Shown here piece by piece: positions 1 through 10,226 of a DNA stretch of 64,000 nt. The notes below the pieces were generated by a model. The model was not told where the DNA came from and made no database searches. It worked only from the letters and a program-made list of their open reading frames with translations. How positions within the stretch are numbered: the stretch's first letter is position 1; each line of letters starts with the position of its first letter. The stretch is from Clostridiales bacterium (GTDB taxonomy: Bacteria; Bacillota; Dehalobacteriia; UBA7702), in NCBI GenBank assembly GCA_040766525.1, contig JAXGQI010000009.1, forward strand, positions 808 to 64,807, given 5' to 3'. The position numbers and the translations under genes were made by a program.

Positions 1-2
1 TC

Positions 3-311
3 TTTTACCTTCTTCTTGTCAATGGCGGCCAGTTGCGCCTCTATGGTCTTCTCGGGATGTCGTTGGGGATCGCATTGTATACCCAATGGCTTTACCCGCG
101 GTACGGGCCGTTTTTTTCACGCTTTTTAGGAAGAATGGCCCATGGTTTTGCCTTGATCGGTCGTGGCGTCCGGTGGGTTTTTACGGTGATCCTATTTCCT
201 TTTGCATTGATATTAATGGTTTTGGAAAAGGGGATCGCTTTTATTTTTTACCCGGTACGAAAAATAGCGGAAAAACGAAAAAAAATTGCTTTGCAACAGG
301 AACAAGAATAG
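3..311 (+). CDS. yabQ: YabQ-like spore cortex biosynthesis membrane protein (5' partial, open to window start)
   Basis: The frame is open from nt 3. The product is hydrophobic (..VNGGQLRLYGLLGMSLGIALY..) with a basic tail. It sits directly upstream of divIC and the S1-domain gene, as in the Bacillus yabP-yabQ-divIC-yabR order. Confidence 0.45.
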   Translation, partial: FYLLLVNGGQLRLYGLLGMSLGIALYTQWLYPRYGPFFSRFLGRMAHGFALIGRGVRWVFTVILFPFALILMVLEKGIAFIFYPVRKIAEKRKKIALQQEQE

Positions 312-390
312 GATATAATAGGCGTAAGCCGGGTATATAGAAAGAACGGCTCCTCATAAGGCAGTAAATTGCCATGGAGGTTGGTGTGAA

Positions 391-732
391 ATGAAGATCC
401 ACATTCGAAAAATTAAGCCGACAGTAGTATGTTTTCTGCTGGTTGCCGCCTTTATTATGGTTTGTTTTGGGCAGCAATTGCTGAAGATTTATGACCTCAA
501 TCGGGAGATCAACCGCTTAGAGGCGGATAAAACTGCCCTGATCGAGGAGAGTGCCACCTTGGAGGAAGAAATTGAGCTTCTCCATGACGATGCCTATCTG
601 ATGGTGTTGGCAAGGGAGAATTTTGGCATGATCTTGCCCGGGGAAAAGCTCTATCTTCCCAGTACGGAAAATGAGGAAATCATGGAGCATAAAGAGGTCG
701 ACGGGGTCATCCTCCATGAAAATAAAGGTTGA
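391..732 (+). CDS. divIC: septum formation initiator DivIC/FtsB family
   Basis: 113 aa with an N-terminal TM segment followed by a coiled coil (LNREINRLEADKTALIEESATLEEEIELL), then ARENFGM..PGE. Synteny with yabQ and yabR supports the call. Confidence 0.7.
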   Translation: MKIHIRKIKPTVVCFLLVAAFIMVCFGQQLLKIYDLNREINRLEADKTALIEESATLEEEIELLHDDAYLMVLARENFGMILPGEKLYLPSTENEEIMEHKEVDGVILHENKG

Positions 733-795
733 CACCTATGGAGGCATTTTGTATACTCAATGTAAGATATAAGTTCTTGTGGGAGGCCTTGTCGA

Positions 796-1161
796 ATGGA
801 GTTTGCCGTTGGCGATATTGTGGAAGGAATTGTAACAGGGATCACTAAGTTTGGCGCCTTCGTGGAATTGCCGGGCAAAAAAGTGGGTTTGGTGCATATA
901 TCGGAAGTTGCGGACGCCTATGTGAAGGAAGTATCTGATTTTATCCAGGAAAAGGATAATGTCAAAGTCAAAGTGATTTCCATTGAAGATAACGGGAAGA
1001 TCAGCCTTTCAATCAAAAAGGCGAAAATGCCGGCGCCGAGGCCGAAGAGTTTTGAGCCTGCTGCTTCTTTTGATGATATGCTCAACAAATTTATGCGGGA
1101 CAGCAATGAGAAACTGGGAGAGTTGAAGCGTCATCAGGAAGGGCGCAAGAGCGGCAAATAA
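796..1161 (+). CDS. yabR: S1 RNA-binding domain protein (YabR-like)
   Basis: S1 fold signature GDIVEGIVTGITKFGAFVELPGKKVGLVHISEVA..VKVKVISIEDNGKISLSIK. Confidence 0.85.
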   Translation: MEFAVGDIVEGIVTGITKFGAFVELPGKKVGLVHISEVADAYVKEVSDFIQEKDNVKVKVISIEDNGKISLSIKKAKMPAPRPKSFEPAASFDDMLNKFMRDSNEKLGELKRHQEGRKSGK

Positions 1162-1226
1162 GCTGAATAGAGAATGACTTTAGCCGGGTCCCATTGGGGC
1201 GCGGCTTTTTCATAGGAGGAGAATAG

Positions 1227-2090
1227 ATGCGGGCAGCCATTGATATCGGCAGCAACAGTTTGCGTTTAATGATCGGTAAAGTAGGGGAAAACGGGGAAAA
1301 GATCGTATTAGAGCAGCAGGTAGAGGAGACCCGTTTGGGAGAAGGGTGCAGAGATAATCTCCTGACGCCTGCCGCCATCGAACGCACCCTTCAAGTATTG
1401 GAGAAATGGGCATTGAAGCTTCGCAGCGCGGGGATCGAGAACCTCCGTGTCTTTGCGACCAGTGCAGTCCGGGATGCGGTGAATCAGAAGGAATTTCTGG
1501 CTATTTTAAAGGATCGCTTTGATTGGGATCTTGCGGTACTTACAGGTGAGGAAGAGGCAGAATTTTCTTTTCTTGGAGCGGTTGGCGCTTTTCCTTATCC
1601 GAAAGAAGAGGTGCTGTTGTTCGATATCGGCGGTGGCAGTACCGAGATCATCGGTTATCAAGATGGGCAGCTTTGCGGCGTCAGCGCGCCCTTAGGTGCT
1701 GTCCGCTGGCAAGCAACGGGCTATACCAGGGAAGAAGCCTTGGCGATCTTGAAAAAGACGATTGGAGATCTTTGCTTCTCCGGTGCGAAAGTTTTCGTCG
1801 GCGTCGGCGGTACCATTACGACGGCGTCGGCGATTTTGGGGGAAGTTTCGGTCTACAGTCGTGAAGCAATTCAGGGACGGTGCCTAAAAAAAACAAGCCT
1901 CGCTGCATTGCATGCAAGGCTTGCCGGTCTCCCCATGGAGGAAAGGAAAAAAATTGTCGGTCTGCCGGCCAAGAGAGCGGATATCATCCTTTTCGGTCTC
2001 GATATCTTTCTCCTCTTATTTGAAATATTCCAGGTTGAGGAGATCCATGTCAGCGATTCCGGGATTTTGGACGGCGTTTTGTTCACTTAA
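1227..2090 (+). CDS. Ppx/GppA family phosphatase (exopolyphosphatase-like, single N-terminal module)
   Basis: The N-terminus AAIDIGSNSLRLMIG and the DIGGGSTE motif are typical of the ASKHA-fold Ppx/GppA family. Confidence 0.8.
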   Translation: MRAAIDIGSNSLRLMIGKVGENGEKIVLEQQVEETRLGEGCRDNLLTPAAIERTLQVLEKWALKLRSAGIENLRVFATSAVRDAVNQKEFLAILKDRFDWDLAVLTGEEEAEFSFLGAVGAFPYPKEEVLLFDIGGGSTEIIGYQDGQLCGVSAPLGAVRWQATGYTREEALAILKKTIGDLCFSGAKVFVGVGGTITTASAILGEVSVYSREAIQGRCLKKTSLAALHARLAGLPMEERKKIVGLPAKRADIILFGLDIFLLLFEIFQVEEIHVSDSGILDGVLFT

Positions 2091-2305
2091 ATCTCATCCT
2101 TTAAGATCTTGATGAGCTGATCGATCACTTTTCCTGCGTCATTTGCTCTATCGATTGCGCTGCTCAAGTGGTGTTTGTGGGCGGCAGTGATCATGTTCAG
2201 CTTTTCCGCGCCGCTCAAAAGATAAAAATAGGATTCGGAAACATCCTTCAGCAGGTGGGCCGCCTCTTCCGGAGTATAAGGGCAATTGTTGTCGAAGTTT
2301 TGCAT
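2087..2305 (-). CDS. hypothetical small helical protein (72 aa)
   Basis: ORF only; I recognise no family. It is convergent with ppx, and the two stop codons overlap in TTAA at 2087-2090. It lies next to the spore-coat genes. Confidence 0.3.
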   Translation of the reverse strand: MQNFDNNCPYTPEEAAHLLKDVSESYFYLLSGAEKLNMITAAHKHHLSSAIDRANDAGKVIDQLIKILKDEI

Positions 2306-2428
2306 GTCGCACCCTCCTTATATTTTATATTGACTTTATGTCAATTCGACAAAAAATATTCTTGGTTATAATGGTTTACCCAGCGGCATAAAAGATAATA
2401 TGCAGCTCGGGTAAAGGAGCTTCGGCCC

Positions 2429-3421
2429 ATGGATGCCAAAGACATTATCTCCTATCATTATCCTATACAGTTTGAAGAGATTCTGCTACTCAAAGAACAA
2501 AAAGTTTGGTTGGTCAAGGCCCGGGAAGGGCCCTTTGTTTTGAAGGCCCTTACTTTTCCTTTTGAAGAAGCGGTCTTTATCATGAAAGCGATGAACCATC
2601 TAAGAGCGGCGGGGTTTACTCAGTTCAATGCGATTGCCGCCACCGAAAACGGGGAGAGCCTGGTTGGGGAGGGCGGCAAATATTATTTTCTGAGCCGTTT
2701 TGTGCCGGGCCGACCCGCGGATTTTCGGGAAGAAACGGATATTTGCGGGGCTGCCGTTACTTTGGCGGCGCTGCATCAAGCGGCGGTCGGTTTTGATCCG
2801 CCGCCCTTTCCCGGCCGTATCAAATGGGGGATTTGGCCTGCGATGATGAAGGGAAAGGCGGAGGATCTGCGTCGATTTGGAGAGGAAGTGGCGCATAAAC
2901 GCCGCAAGACCCATTTTGATTGTCTCTTTCTGCGGCATTATCCCTATTATTTGGAGGAAATCGAGGCCGCATCCGCTTATTTTGCCGGGAAAAATTATGA
3001 AAATCTTTGGCGTGCCCAAAAGGAAGCCGGAGGATTTTGCCACCATGATCTCGCTTACCATAATTTCCTGATTGCTGAAAATGGGGAGGTAGGCCTGATT
3101 GATTTTGATTATGCCATTGCCGATCATCGCGTCCATGATGTGGCCAATTTTTTGATTAAGCTCTTAAAGCACCACAATTGGGATGAATCGGTGGCTCTTT
3201 ATGCTTTGGCGGCATATGATAAAACAGGGAATCTAAGTAAGGAAGAAAAGCAGCTCCTTTTGGGGATGCTTCGTTTTCCGCAGGATTTTTGGCAAGTGGC
3301 TTTTGCCCGCTATGATGAAGAAAGCCGGGAGACGGTGCGTCTCGAAAAGAAGATGCTCAAGTGGACCGGCGAGCGGGGCTTGCGCCACAATGCCTTAGCC
3401 ATCTTGGAAAAAACCTTATAA
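2429..3421 (+). CDS. cotS: CotS family spore coat protein (kinase-like phosphotransferase fold)
   Basis: Carries the aminoglycoside-phosphotransferase/CotS catalytic block FCHHDLAYHNFLI..GLIDFDY. Length is 330 aa. The adjacent GT1 gene mirrors the cotSA/cotS pairing. Confidence 0.75.
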   Translation: MDAKDIISYHYPIQFEEILLLKEQKVWLVKAREGPFVLKALTFPFEEAVFIMKAMNHLRAAGFTQFNAIAATENGESLVGEGGKYYFLSRFVPGRPADFREETDICGAAVTLAALHQAAVGFDPPPFPGRIKWGIWPAMMKGKAEDLRRFGEEVAHKRRKTHFDCLFLRHYPYYLEEIEAASAYFAGKNYENLWRAQKEAGGFCHHDLAYHNFLIAENGEVGLIDFDYAIADHRVHDVANFLIKLLKHHNWDESVALYALAAYDKTGNLSKEEKQLLLGMLRFPQDFWQVAFARYDEESRETVRLEKKMLKWTGERGLRHNALAILEKTL

Positions 3422-4562
3422 TGGAGGGGATTACCTTGGAATTTGGCATCGATGGACGCGCAGCCGTCTGGTATCGAGGCACCGGTATGGGAACTTACAG
3501 TTATCAACTGATGCGAACGCTCTATCAATACGATAAAAAGAATACCTACAGCTTTTTCCTTCCCGAAGGGATTTGGACAGATTCCAACCCTCTTGCGGAA
3601 GGATTTTTTCATGGTGGGGGCAAGAATATCAGCGATTTTTGGGAGCAGGCCTACCGAAAGCCGGTAAGAGTGAAAGAGGGGATAAAACTCATCCACAATC
3701 CCCATAACGGTTTTGGTTTGCCCGCCGATGATAAAGTCCCGCTGATTATTACCATCCATGACCTTATCCCCTATATCTTGCCGGAAATGTGCGGCAAACC
3801 TTATCGGGAGATCTTTTGCCGAGAGATGCCCCGTTTTTTGTCTCGGGCTTCCCATATCATCGCCGTCTCTCACCACACCAAAAAAGACCTGATCGAACTC
3901 CTCTCGGTTCCGGAGGAAAAAATCTCCGTGATCTATGAAGCTGCGGAAAAACAATATCGTCCCATGAAAAAGGACATCGTGAAGCGGTATTTATGGGGAA
4001 AATACGGCATAAAGAAGGAATATATTCTTTATGTCGGTGGATTTAATGAGCGCAAAAATCTTTCTCTCCTGATCAATGCTTTCGCTCGGGTGAAAAAGGA
4101 GGCGGGTCACCCCATGCTCTTCTGATCCTGGGCCGGGAGAATAAGGAATACCGCAAGATCGCCGCCTTGGTAGAGGAGAAAAAAACTAGCAAAGGATGTG
4201 ATCTTCGGCGGTTTCGCCCCGCCGAGGATCTGCCGGCCTATTATAACGGCGCGTCCTTGTTCGTGTTCCCGTCTCGTTATGAAGGATTTGGCTTGCCGCC
4301 TTTGAAGCCGCCGCTTGCGGTACCGCCACACTTTCCACATCGGTTTCCGCTCGAGGAAGTAATGGGAGAAGGCGCAGCCTATTTTCTCCCGATGATGAAG
4401 TCGGTTTAGCGCATTTGATCGATCATTATTTGGAGAATGAAACGGAAAGAGCGGCACTGGGGAGAAAGGGCGGCAAAGAAGTCTCGTTTTCTCCTGGGAG
4501 AGGGGAGCAAGAGAAGTTTGTCGCTCTATGAGAAGATAGCCACCGACAGTTCTAAAGCGTGA
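3421..4562 (+). pseudogene. glycosyltransferase family 1 (CotSA-like), interrupted by about 4-5 frameshifts
   Basis: The start overlaps the cotS stop (TAATG). The N-terminal GT-B half is intact (..IITIHDLIP..). The C-terminal half can be read only by switching frames (..[42 protein letters not shown]..). Several of the breaks lie at or next to homopolymer runs. Confidence 0.7.
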
Positions 4563-4649
4563 AAAATCATCATATCATTTCTAGAGTGTAAGAATGGCCG
4601 GAATGTGCCGGTGATCATGTGCGGTCTATAGCCGCGGGGAGGGGAAGAT

Positions 4650-5611
4650 ATGATACTCAGTACGGAAATCATCAAAAAGGTCGATATCCCGGCGAGCCTA
4701 CCGCCACTGGAAATGATGACACGGTTGGAAGGCAATAATCATCCTCAAGAATGTGGTGGCGGAAAATGAAGGGCTTAGAGTGACCGGGGATTTGCTTTGG
4801 CAGGGATTTTTCCCGTCGGAAACCAGGGATGACGAATGCTTATGGGAAGGGGTGGAATTCTTTTCTCAATTGCGGATTTGGGGGCTTTGCGCAACAGCGA
4901 TACCTTCGCTGGATCCCAGGGTAATCTCTTTGGTCGGTGAGGCAACCGGCGATTATAGCATCAGGCTCACTTTTTCCGTGATTTGGGCTGATGACGAAGG
5001 AAGCCTGGCAGAGCCCTGTTTACAGGAAGAATCTGACTCCTGTTGCCGAGGAAGACGGTTTTGCCTTTAGAGAGGGAGCCGCTGAGCCGCCTTTACCGAT
5101 GCCGTCATTGGAACTGGACTTCTTGGATCTTGATGACCACTATGAGGTGATCTCCGAAAAATGGAGTGATACTTTAGATATGCTTGAGGCAAGGGAACCT
5201 TCCTTTGCCGCTGTGGAAGAGGAGGAGTTCTTGGCCCCAGGAAACAATGAGGGAAAGGGGATGGTAATGGAGAGGGAAGGTCTAAATAGCTCCGAGGAAC
5301 CGGATATTTCCTGTATCAGTGAAACCAGCCAAGAAACGGAGGGGTTAGAGGAAGCGGAAAGATTGGCACCCAGTCCGGTTCGGCCGGAGCCGGAGCGGAG
5401 CGAAGTAGGCGCGATCAAGTATTCCAGTTCCCTCACCACCATGGAGCCATTGCTTTCGGAACCGTTTAAATTGCGGTACTATCGGGTGCAATGGGGGGAG
5501 GATCTGTCCGCCATCGCTGAACGGCTTTCCGCTTCCATCGCAAAAATTAAAGAGATCAATACGATAGAGGAGGAAGATATTAAAGTCGGAACAGTTTTGC
5601 GTATCCCATAA
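4650..5611 (+). CDS. SPOCS(DUF3794)-like N-terminus plus C-terminal LysM protein (SipL/SpoVID-like coat morphogenetic candidate), 2 frameshifts
   Basis: RBS GGGGAGGGG precedes the ATG at 4650. The gene reads through three frames (4650-4770, 4753-5070, 4991-5611). The middle is acidic. The C-terminus YYRVQWGEDLSAIAERL..INTIEEEDIKVGTVLRIP is a LysM domain. Confidence 0.5.
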
Positions 5612-5644
5612 AAAACAAAAGCATAGAGAAAAATAAGTATGAAG

Positions 5645-5680
5645 AGGCCGCAGGGGATTTCCCCTGCGGCCTTGGATTTT
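5645..5680 (+). terminator. rho-independent terminator after the LysM gene
   Basis: 12-bp GC-rich stem AGGCCGCAGGGG/CCCCTGCGGCCT, followed by a T-rich tract. Confidence 0.7.
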
Positions 5681-5825
5681 GGCTGTTTTTCATGTTAAAC
5701 ATTTTCTTATGTTTATAAAGTACAAGATATAATGTTGAATTTTGAACCGGTATTTTTATTTGATATTCTAGGTATTTGTTTTATGCAAGAATTAATTTAA
5801 TGCAAATAATTCTGGATGTGCATCA

Positions 5826-5854
5826 TTGACATTGTTGCGAAAATACCATAAGAT
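5826..5854 (+). promoter_or_regulatory. sigma-A-like promoter upstream of the SLH gene
   Basis: TTGACA, a 17-nt spacer, then TAAGAT. It lies ~150 nt upstream of the 6009 start. Confidence 0.4.
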
Positions 5855-6008
5855 AATTATTAAATGTATAAGAAACAATGAAAAAAGAGAATAAAGGAAG
5901 TGATGAGATGAAATAAGGAAATAATAGTTTTTTGTAGTTATTTTGATGCAGCATTTATGTGAAAAATATGTTCATTGTTTTAAGCAGTATAAGAAGGAGG
6001 ATAGATAT

Positions 6009-6986
6009 ATGAAGGATATGTCTATTATTGGCAGAAAAACTCATTGTTTATATCTAAAAAGAATTATTGTTTTTGCTGTTTGTTGTATTTGTATTTTAGC
6101 TTTTAGTTCAATAGATGTTCTTGCCAGTGACGATGCCTTACAAGGGTTTAATGAGGAAGATATGGTTTATGAACAGTCCGTTGAATCGGTTTTTCGACCA
6201 GAATGCCCTTCTTTTAGTGATGTTGATTTTTTTGCATGGTATAGATATTATGTGAATTCTGTAGCGTCAAGAAAAATTATGAATGGTTATCCTGATGGCA
6301 CATTCAGACCAAGTAACCAACTCACTCGTGCGGAAGCGGTTGTTATTCTAGCAAATGCGTATGCCGGTTATTTGGGCAATACATCAAGCACTCCATTTAA
6401 TGATATCAGCAATCATTGGGCAAGAGATGAAATTGTTTGGGCATATAATATGAATATTGTCAATGGGACCGGCAGTGGGAATTTTTCTCCCAATGCCTAT
6501 GTTACGCGTCAAGACTTTGCAGTGATGGTGGTGCGTTATTGTATCAATGCGGAAATATTCACGCTGCCTACTTATTCATCTAAAATTACCTATGCAGATG
6601 ATGCTTCCATCGCTTCATATGCAAAAGATTCGGTATACAAATTACAAACAGCTAGAGTTATCAATGACGGTACTTCTTTAAGGTTTTATCCGACAAATAA
6701 TATTACCCGTGCGGAAGTAGCCAAGATTATGTATAATATTTATTTCGAATTGGAAAAAAGTGGCTATGAGTTGTCTGCTGACGAAGAAGGAGTACTTTTG
6801 GGTGCAAATTTCTATCCAACATTATATAAATGTCGTTCTGAGTTTTGTCAAATATATAGAAAAACATCAGATCATATTACCTTTTATTATGCCTATAGCA
6901 TATGTAGCATTGCAGAAACAGCAACAAGAGGATTATACATAACCTTGTATCCCGGGGATTATTGCCTCTTCTACAAGTATTTGTAG
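6009..6986 (+). CDS. SLH (S-layer homology) domain protein
   Basis: RBS AAGGAGG precedes the ATG at 6009. It has a signal/TM segment and three SLH repeats (F.DV..WY...V....IMNGYPDGTFRP...LTRAEAVVIL; FNDISNHWA; YADDASIASYA...ITRAEVAKIM). A coding-looking extension in another frame runs to ~7179, so the C-terminus may be frameshifted. Confidence 0.8.
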   Translation: MKDMSIIGRKTHCLYLKRIIVFAVCCICILAFSSIDVLASDDALQGFNEEDMVYEQSVESVFRPECPSFSDVDFFAWYRYYVNSVASRKIMNGYPDGTFRPSNQLTRAEAVVILANAYAGYLGNTSSTPFNDISNHWARDEIVWAYNMNIVNGTGSGNFSPNAYVTRQDFAVMVVRYCINAEIFTLPTYSSKITYADDASIASYAKDSVYKLQTARVINDGTSLRFYPTNNITRAEVAKIMYNIYFELEKSGYELSADEEGVLLGANFYPTLYKCRSEFCQIYRKTSDHITFYYAYSICSIAETATRGLYITLYPGDYCLFYKYL

Positions 6987-7228
6987 GGAGGGCGTTCTTG
7001 GTCCTATCCAAGATAGGCAATATAACGGTTATTTAGATTTGATTAGCCCGACTAATTCAATTTGGGTGAGTGCAAATCTAGCCTACTATCCTGCACATAA
7101 ATTTTTGACACATGGTACCTATGATATTAATGGAGGATGCCAAATTGATGCTTATCGCGATGAGTGGCCAGGCAGGTAGTAGAGCCTTTTCCCATGACTT
7201 TTCAGTTGAGTTTTAAAGGAGGTAGAAC

Positions 7229-7955
7229 ATGAAGAAGTTAATATCCATATTAGTCATAGCTGCGTTTTTTGGTTACTGCCTTTATTTCGGTGAATGTACT
7301 GGCTAGTTCAGAAAGCGGGGATTTGGATCTGGAAAGCATATATTATAAAATCGGTGAGTTAAATAATAAGTATACGGCTGGCGCAGAAAAAACGACTATA
7401 GCTGTCATCGCGGGAGAGCCTTATGCCATTGAAAACTGCGAGAACAAGATAGAAGAGAATATGCTTATCGGAAATGCCAAAACGGAGGAAGAAGCTGTTC
7501 GGTATTTGGTTTTGCAGGAAGTATTGCAACGGGAGGCAGGTTCCCAGGGTATCGTTGTTGACGATAAAACGATGGATGCTTTTATCGAAGAGCAGAAAGA
7601 ACTGTTTACCGGTGAAGACGCCAAGGAAGAGAAAGCGGTACTTGATAAATTCATTCAAGGATTGGGTCTAACCGAAGAGCAATACAGGAAGGCATACTAT
7701 GAAGAATACCGGGCGCAATTAACGGTATGTGAATTACAAGGGCAAGTATTCGATGAATTTTTCTATGAAAAAGTGGTAGAACGCTTGGAGGAATTAGGAA
7801 TGGAACTTACAGATGAGGAGATCAATGAAGTTTTTGAAAAAGAAAAAGGTTTCTATAATGAAGAGATTTATAAAGAATTTCAAGAATATTATCAATCCTA
7901 TGAGAAAAAGCTCCTGGAAAAATATGATGTTCAATTTATAGAAAACATAGAATAA
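7229..7955 (+). CDS. secreted Glu-rich hypothetical protein (frameshift inside the signal peptide at T-run 7265-7270)
   Basis: AGGAGG precedes the ATG at 7229 (MKKLISILVIAAFF). The frame then switches to the 7269..7955 ORF. It is a paralog of the next gene, with a similar C-terminus (LLEKYDVQFIENIE). Confidence 0.5.
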
Positions 7956-8014
7956 ACCCTGTTTGATTAGGGGGCAAGAAGAATCTTTGTCAGGAACACT
8001 AAATGGAGGTTAAT

Positions 8015-8726
8015 ATGCTGAAAAAAACGCTTATAATTATTATTGCCGGATTATTGATGTTTAGCATGTCGGGTTGCGGGGGAGAAGAAATTTCTCTTGA
8101 CGATCTCAAGCCGACCGAGGGGATTCTTCTCGCCACCATTGACGGCGAGCCTTATTATTACGATCCTATTTATATCTTCAAAGTTACCGGTGGGGCTTTC
8201 CCTCAAGTGCCTGATACGGAAGAAAAAAAGCGAGCTTTGGTTTTGGAACTGGCGTATATGGAAAGTGTTGGCCGGGGAGATACAATTTCCGATGATAGCG
8301 TTGCGAAAGAATTTGAGATGCGCAAAATGACGGTTGCCGGATGGGAAGATTCCATTACAAGTTGGGAGGAGTCTTTAGAAGAACGCATTGAACGAGGCGT
8401 TGTTACGGAAGAGACCATAGCACAGGAGGAGAAGGAGCTGCTTGAACTGCGGGATTATGTGCAGCGCTATGATAAGATCTGGTCCCAATGTACCGAAGAA
8501 GCGGGGATTACCGAGGAAGAATATTGGGAAGGATTGCCCCTTACGTACAAAAAGGAATTTTCGTGAATTCCTATTTGGGGAAGAGGGGAAAGAATATTCA
8601 AATCAAGTTATGGAAGAAGGAAAAGACTATAGTAATGAAGAGGCTGCTGCGTATCAGTTTTTTGGGGAATACGATCAACTACTAGAGAAATTCAATGTGG
8701 AGATCATCGATTCCGACATCAAATAA
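8015..8726 (+). CDS. lipoprotein, paralog of the 7229 gene (one frameshift near 8560)
   Basis: MLKKTLIIIIAGLLMFSMSGCGG contains a lipobox. The C-terminal part continues in the frame of ORF 8442..8726 and ends LLEKFNVEIIDSDIK. Confidence 0.5.
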
Positions 8727-8857
8727 GAGCCGAAAGAGGATCGTTTTTTCATGGTAGGTTTAAATTTCTATTGCTATGTTTGCGCTTCCCTTTTTTGCGG
8801 TGACTTTTCCCGTGTTCAACCGGGTTTTCCCTCTCTATTTTGCGAAAGAAAAAAGAT

Positions 8858-8886
8858 TTGCATTCCCATTTTTCTTATGTTATAAT
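8858..8886 (+). promoter_or_regulatory. sigma-A-like promoter for rpmE
   Basis: TTGCAT, a 17-nt spacer, then TATAAT. Confidence 0.5.
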
Positions 8887-8938
8887 ATTCTCTGCGTTAA
8901 TAATTCGGTGTTTGCTTACCGGAAGCGAGGTGAAAGGA

Positions 8939-9142
8939 ATGAAAAAAGGCATCCATCCCAACTATGGTGAAGTCGAAGTGACATGCGCTTGCGGCAACAC
9001 TTTCAAAACCAGTTCTACGAAAAAGAATATCCGGGTGGAAGTTTGCTCCCAGTGCCATCCATTTTATACCGGTAGCAGACGGTTTTTGGTTGAAGAAGGC
9101 GGTCGGGTTGACAAATTTAAAAAGAAATACGGCCTGCAATAA
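8939..9142 (+). CDS. rpmE: 50S ribosomal protein L31
   Basis: [27 protein letters not shown]...[13 protein letters not shown] is the full L31 signature, including the Zn-ribbon cysteines. Confidence 0.95.
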   Translation: MKKGIHPNYGEVEVTCACGNTFKTSSTKKNIRVEVCSQCHPFYTGSRRFLVEEGGRVDKFKKKYGLQ

Positions 9143-9182
9143 TTTTGGATATTCCCGCCATAAGGCGGCTCGTTTGGACAGT

Positions 9183-9234
9183 AAAATCCCTGACCGCTAT
9201 GTACGTCCATGTACAGGGCGTGGACAGGGATTTT
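9183..9234 (+). terminator. long composite hairpin after rpmE (member R1 of the AAAAYCSCWG...TGTAC...CWGSGRTTTT hairpin family)
   Basis: Outer stem AAAATCCCTG/CAGGGATTTT encloses the inner palindrome TGTACGTCCATGTACA. A short CCGCC/GGCGG hairpin precedes it at 9154-9167. Confidence 0.5.
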
Positions 9235-9302
9235 CTATTGGGTTCTTTTTGCTTGTGCCAGTGATGGTAGAGTGCCGCTGTGAGCGGCGGTAGGAGCAGC
9301 GC

Positions 9303-10226
9303 ATGAAGAAAAAATATTTTTATGGCGGTCAAGCAGTAATCGAAGGCGTCATGATGATGGGGCCGGAACAATATGCGGTGGCGGTGCGCCGCCCCGATGG
9401 TGAGATCGTCGTTAAAAAAGAGCCGGTAGATACGATCAAGAACCGTTTTCCGATTTTGAAATGGCCGATTATTCGTGGTTTCGTCAATCTGATTGAAATG
9501 TTGGTACTGGGGATGAAAACGATTACCTGGTCCGCAAATCAAGCCGGAGAAGAAGAGGAAGAGATGGGTATGGGTGCGATGGTCCTGGCGATTTTGCTGG
9601 CGGCTGTGGTGACGATCGCAATCTTTTTGGTTTTACCTGTTCTTGTCGGCACTTGGCTCCACCCCTATATCGGGGACTTTGGGCGCAGCGCCCTAGAAGG
9701 TGTGATCCGCATCACGGCCTTCATCCTCTATCTTTTGGCGATCCGCCGTATGCCCGATATTTTAAGAGTATTTCAATACCATGGCGCTGAGCATAAAACC
9801 ATCGCTACTTTTGAGCACGGCGATGTTTTGACGCCGGCTGCGGCAAAGAAATATACGACCTTGCACCGCCGTTGTGGTACCAGCTTTGTTTTGATGGTGA
9901 TGATCGTAATGATCGTGCTCTTTACCTTTGTGGGGCAGACCGAATCCAGCTGGACACGGATGTTGATCAAGCTCGTTTCCATGCCGCTGGTGGCCGGTAT
10001 CACTTATGAATTTACGCGTTGGTCGGCAAGGCATTGCCAATATCTTTTGGTGCGGATCGTTACGGCGCCGGGGCTTTGGCTGCAAAAGCTTACCACGGAA
10101 GAGCCTGACTTGGGCCAGTTGGAGGTTGCGATCACTGCTTTAAAGGCGGCGATGACCGAAGCTGATTTGAAAGCGGCGGAAGAGAAAGAGGAAAACGGGA
10201 ATGTTCGAGAGAATTGCTCAGCTTGA
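9303..10226 (+). CDS. DUF1385 (YqhQ-like) membrane protein
   Basis: The N-terminus [12 protein letters not shown], the HGAEHK motif and multiple TM segments fit the family. It sits in the conserved position immediately upstream of prfA. Confidence 0.8.
   Translation: MKKKYFYGGQAVIEGVMMMGPEQYAVAVRRPDGEIVVKKEPVDTIKNRFPILKWPIIRGFVNLIEMLVLGMKTITWSANQAGEEEEEMGMGAMVLAILLAAVVTIAIFLVLPVLVGTWLHPYIGDFGRSALEGVIRITAFILYLLAIRRMPDILRVFQYHGAEHKTIATFEHGDVLTPAAAKKYTTLHRRCGTSFVLMVMIVMIVLFTFVGQTESSWTRMLIKLVSMPLVAGITYEFTRWSARHCQYLLVRIVTAPGLWLQKLTTEEPDLGQLEVAITALKAAMTEADLKAAEEKEENGNVRENCSA

Noticed and set aside
3310-3954. 214 aa minus-strand ORF antisense to cotS/GT1, along with similar antisense ORFs across the atp operon, glyA and others
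   Set aside because: All lie opposite genes with clear family motifs and lack their own start context. They are regarded as spurious.
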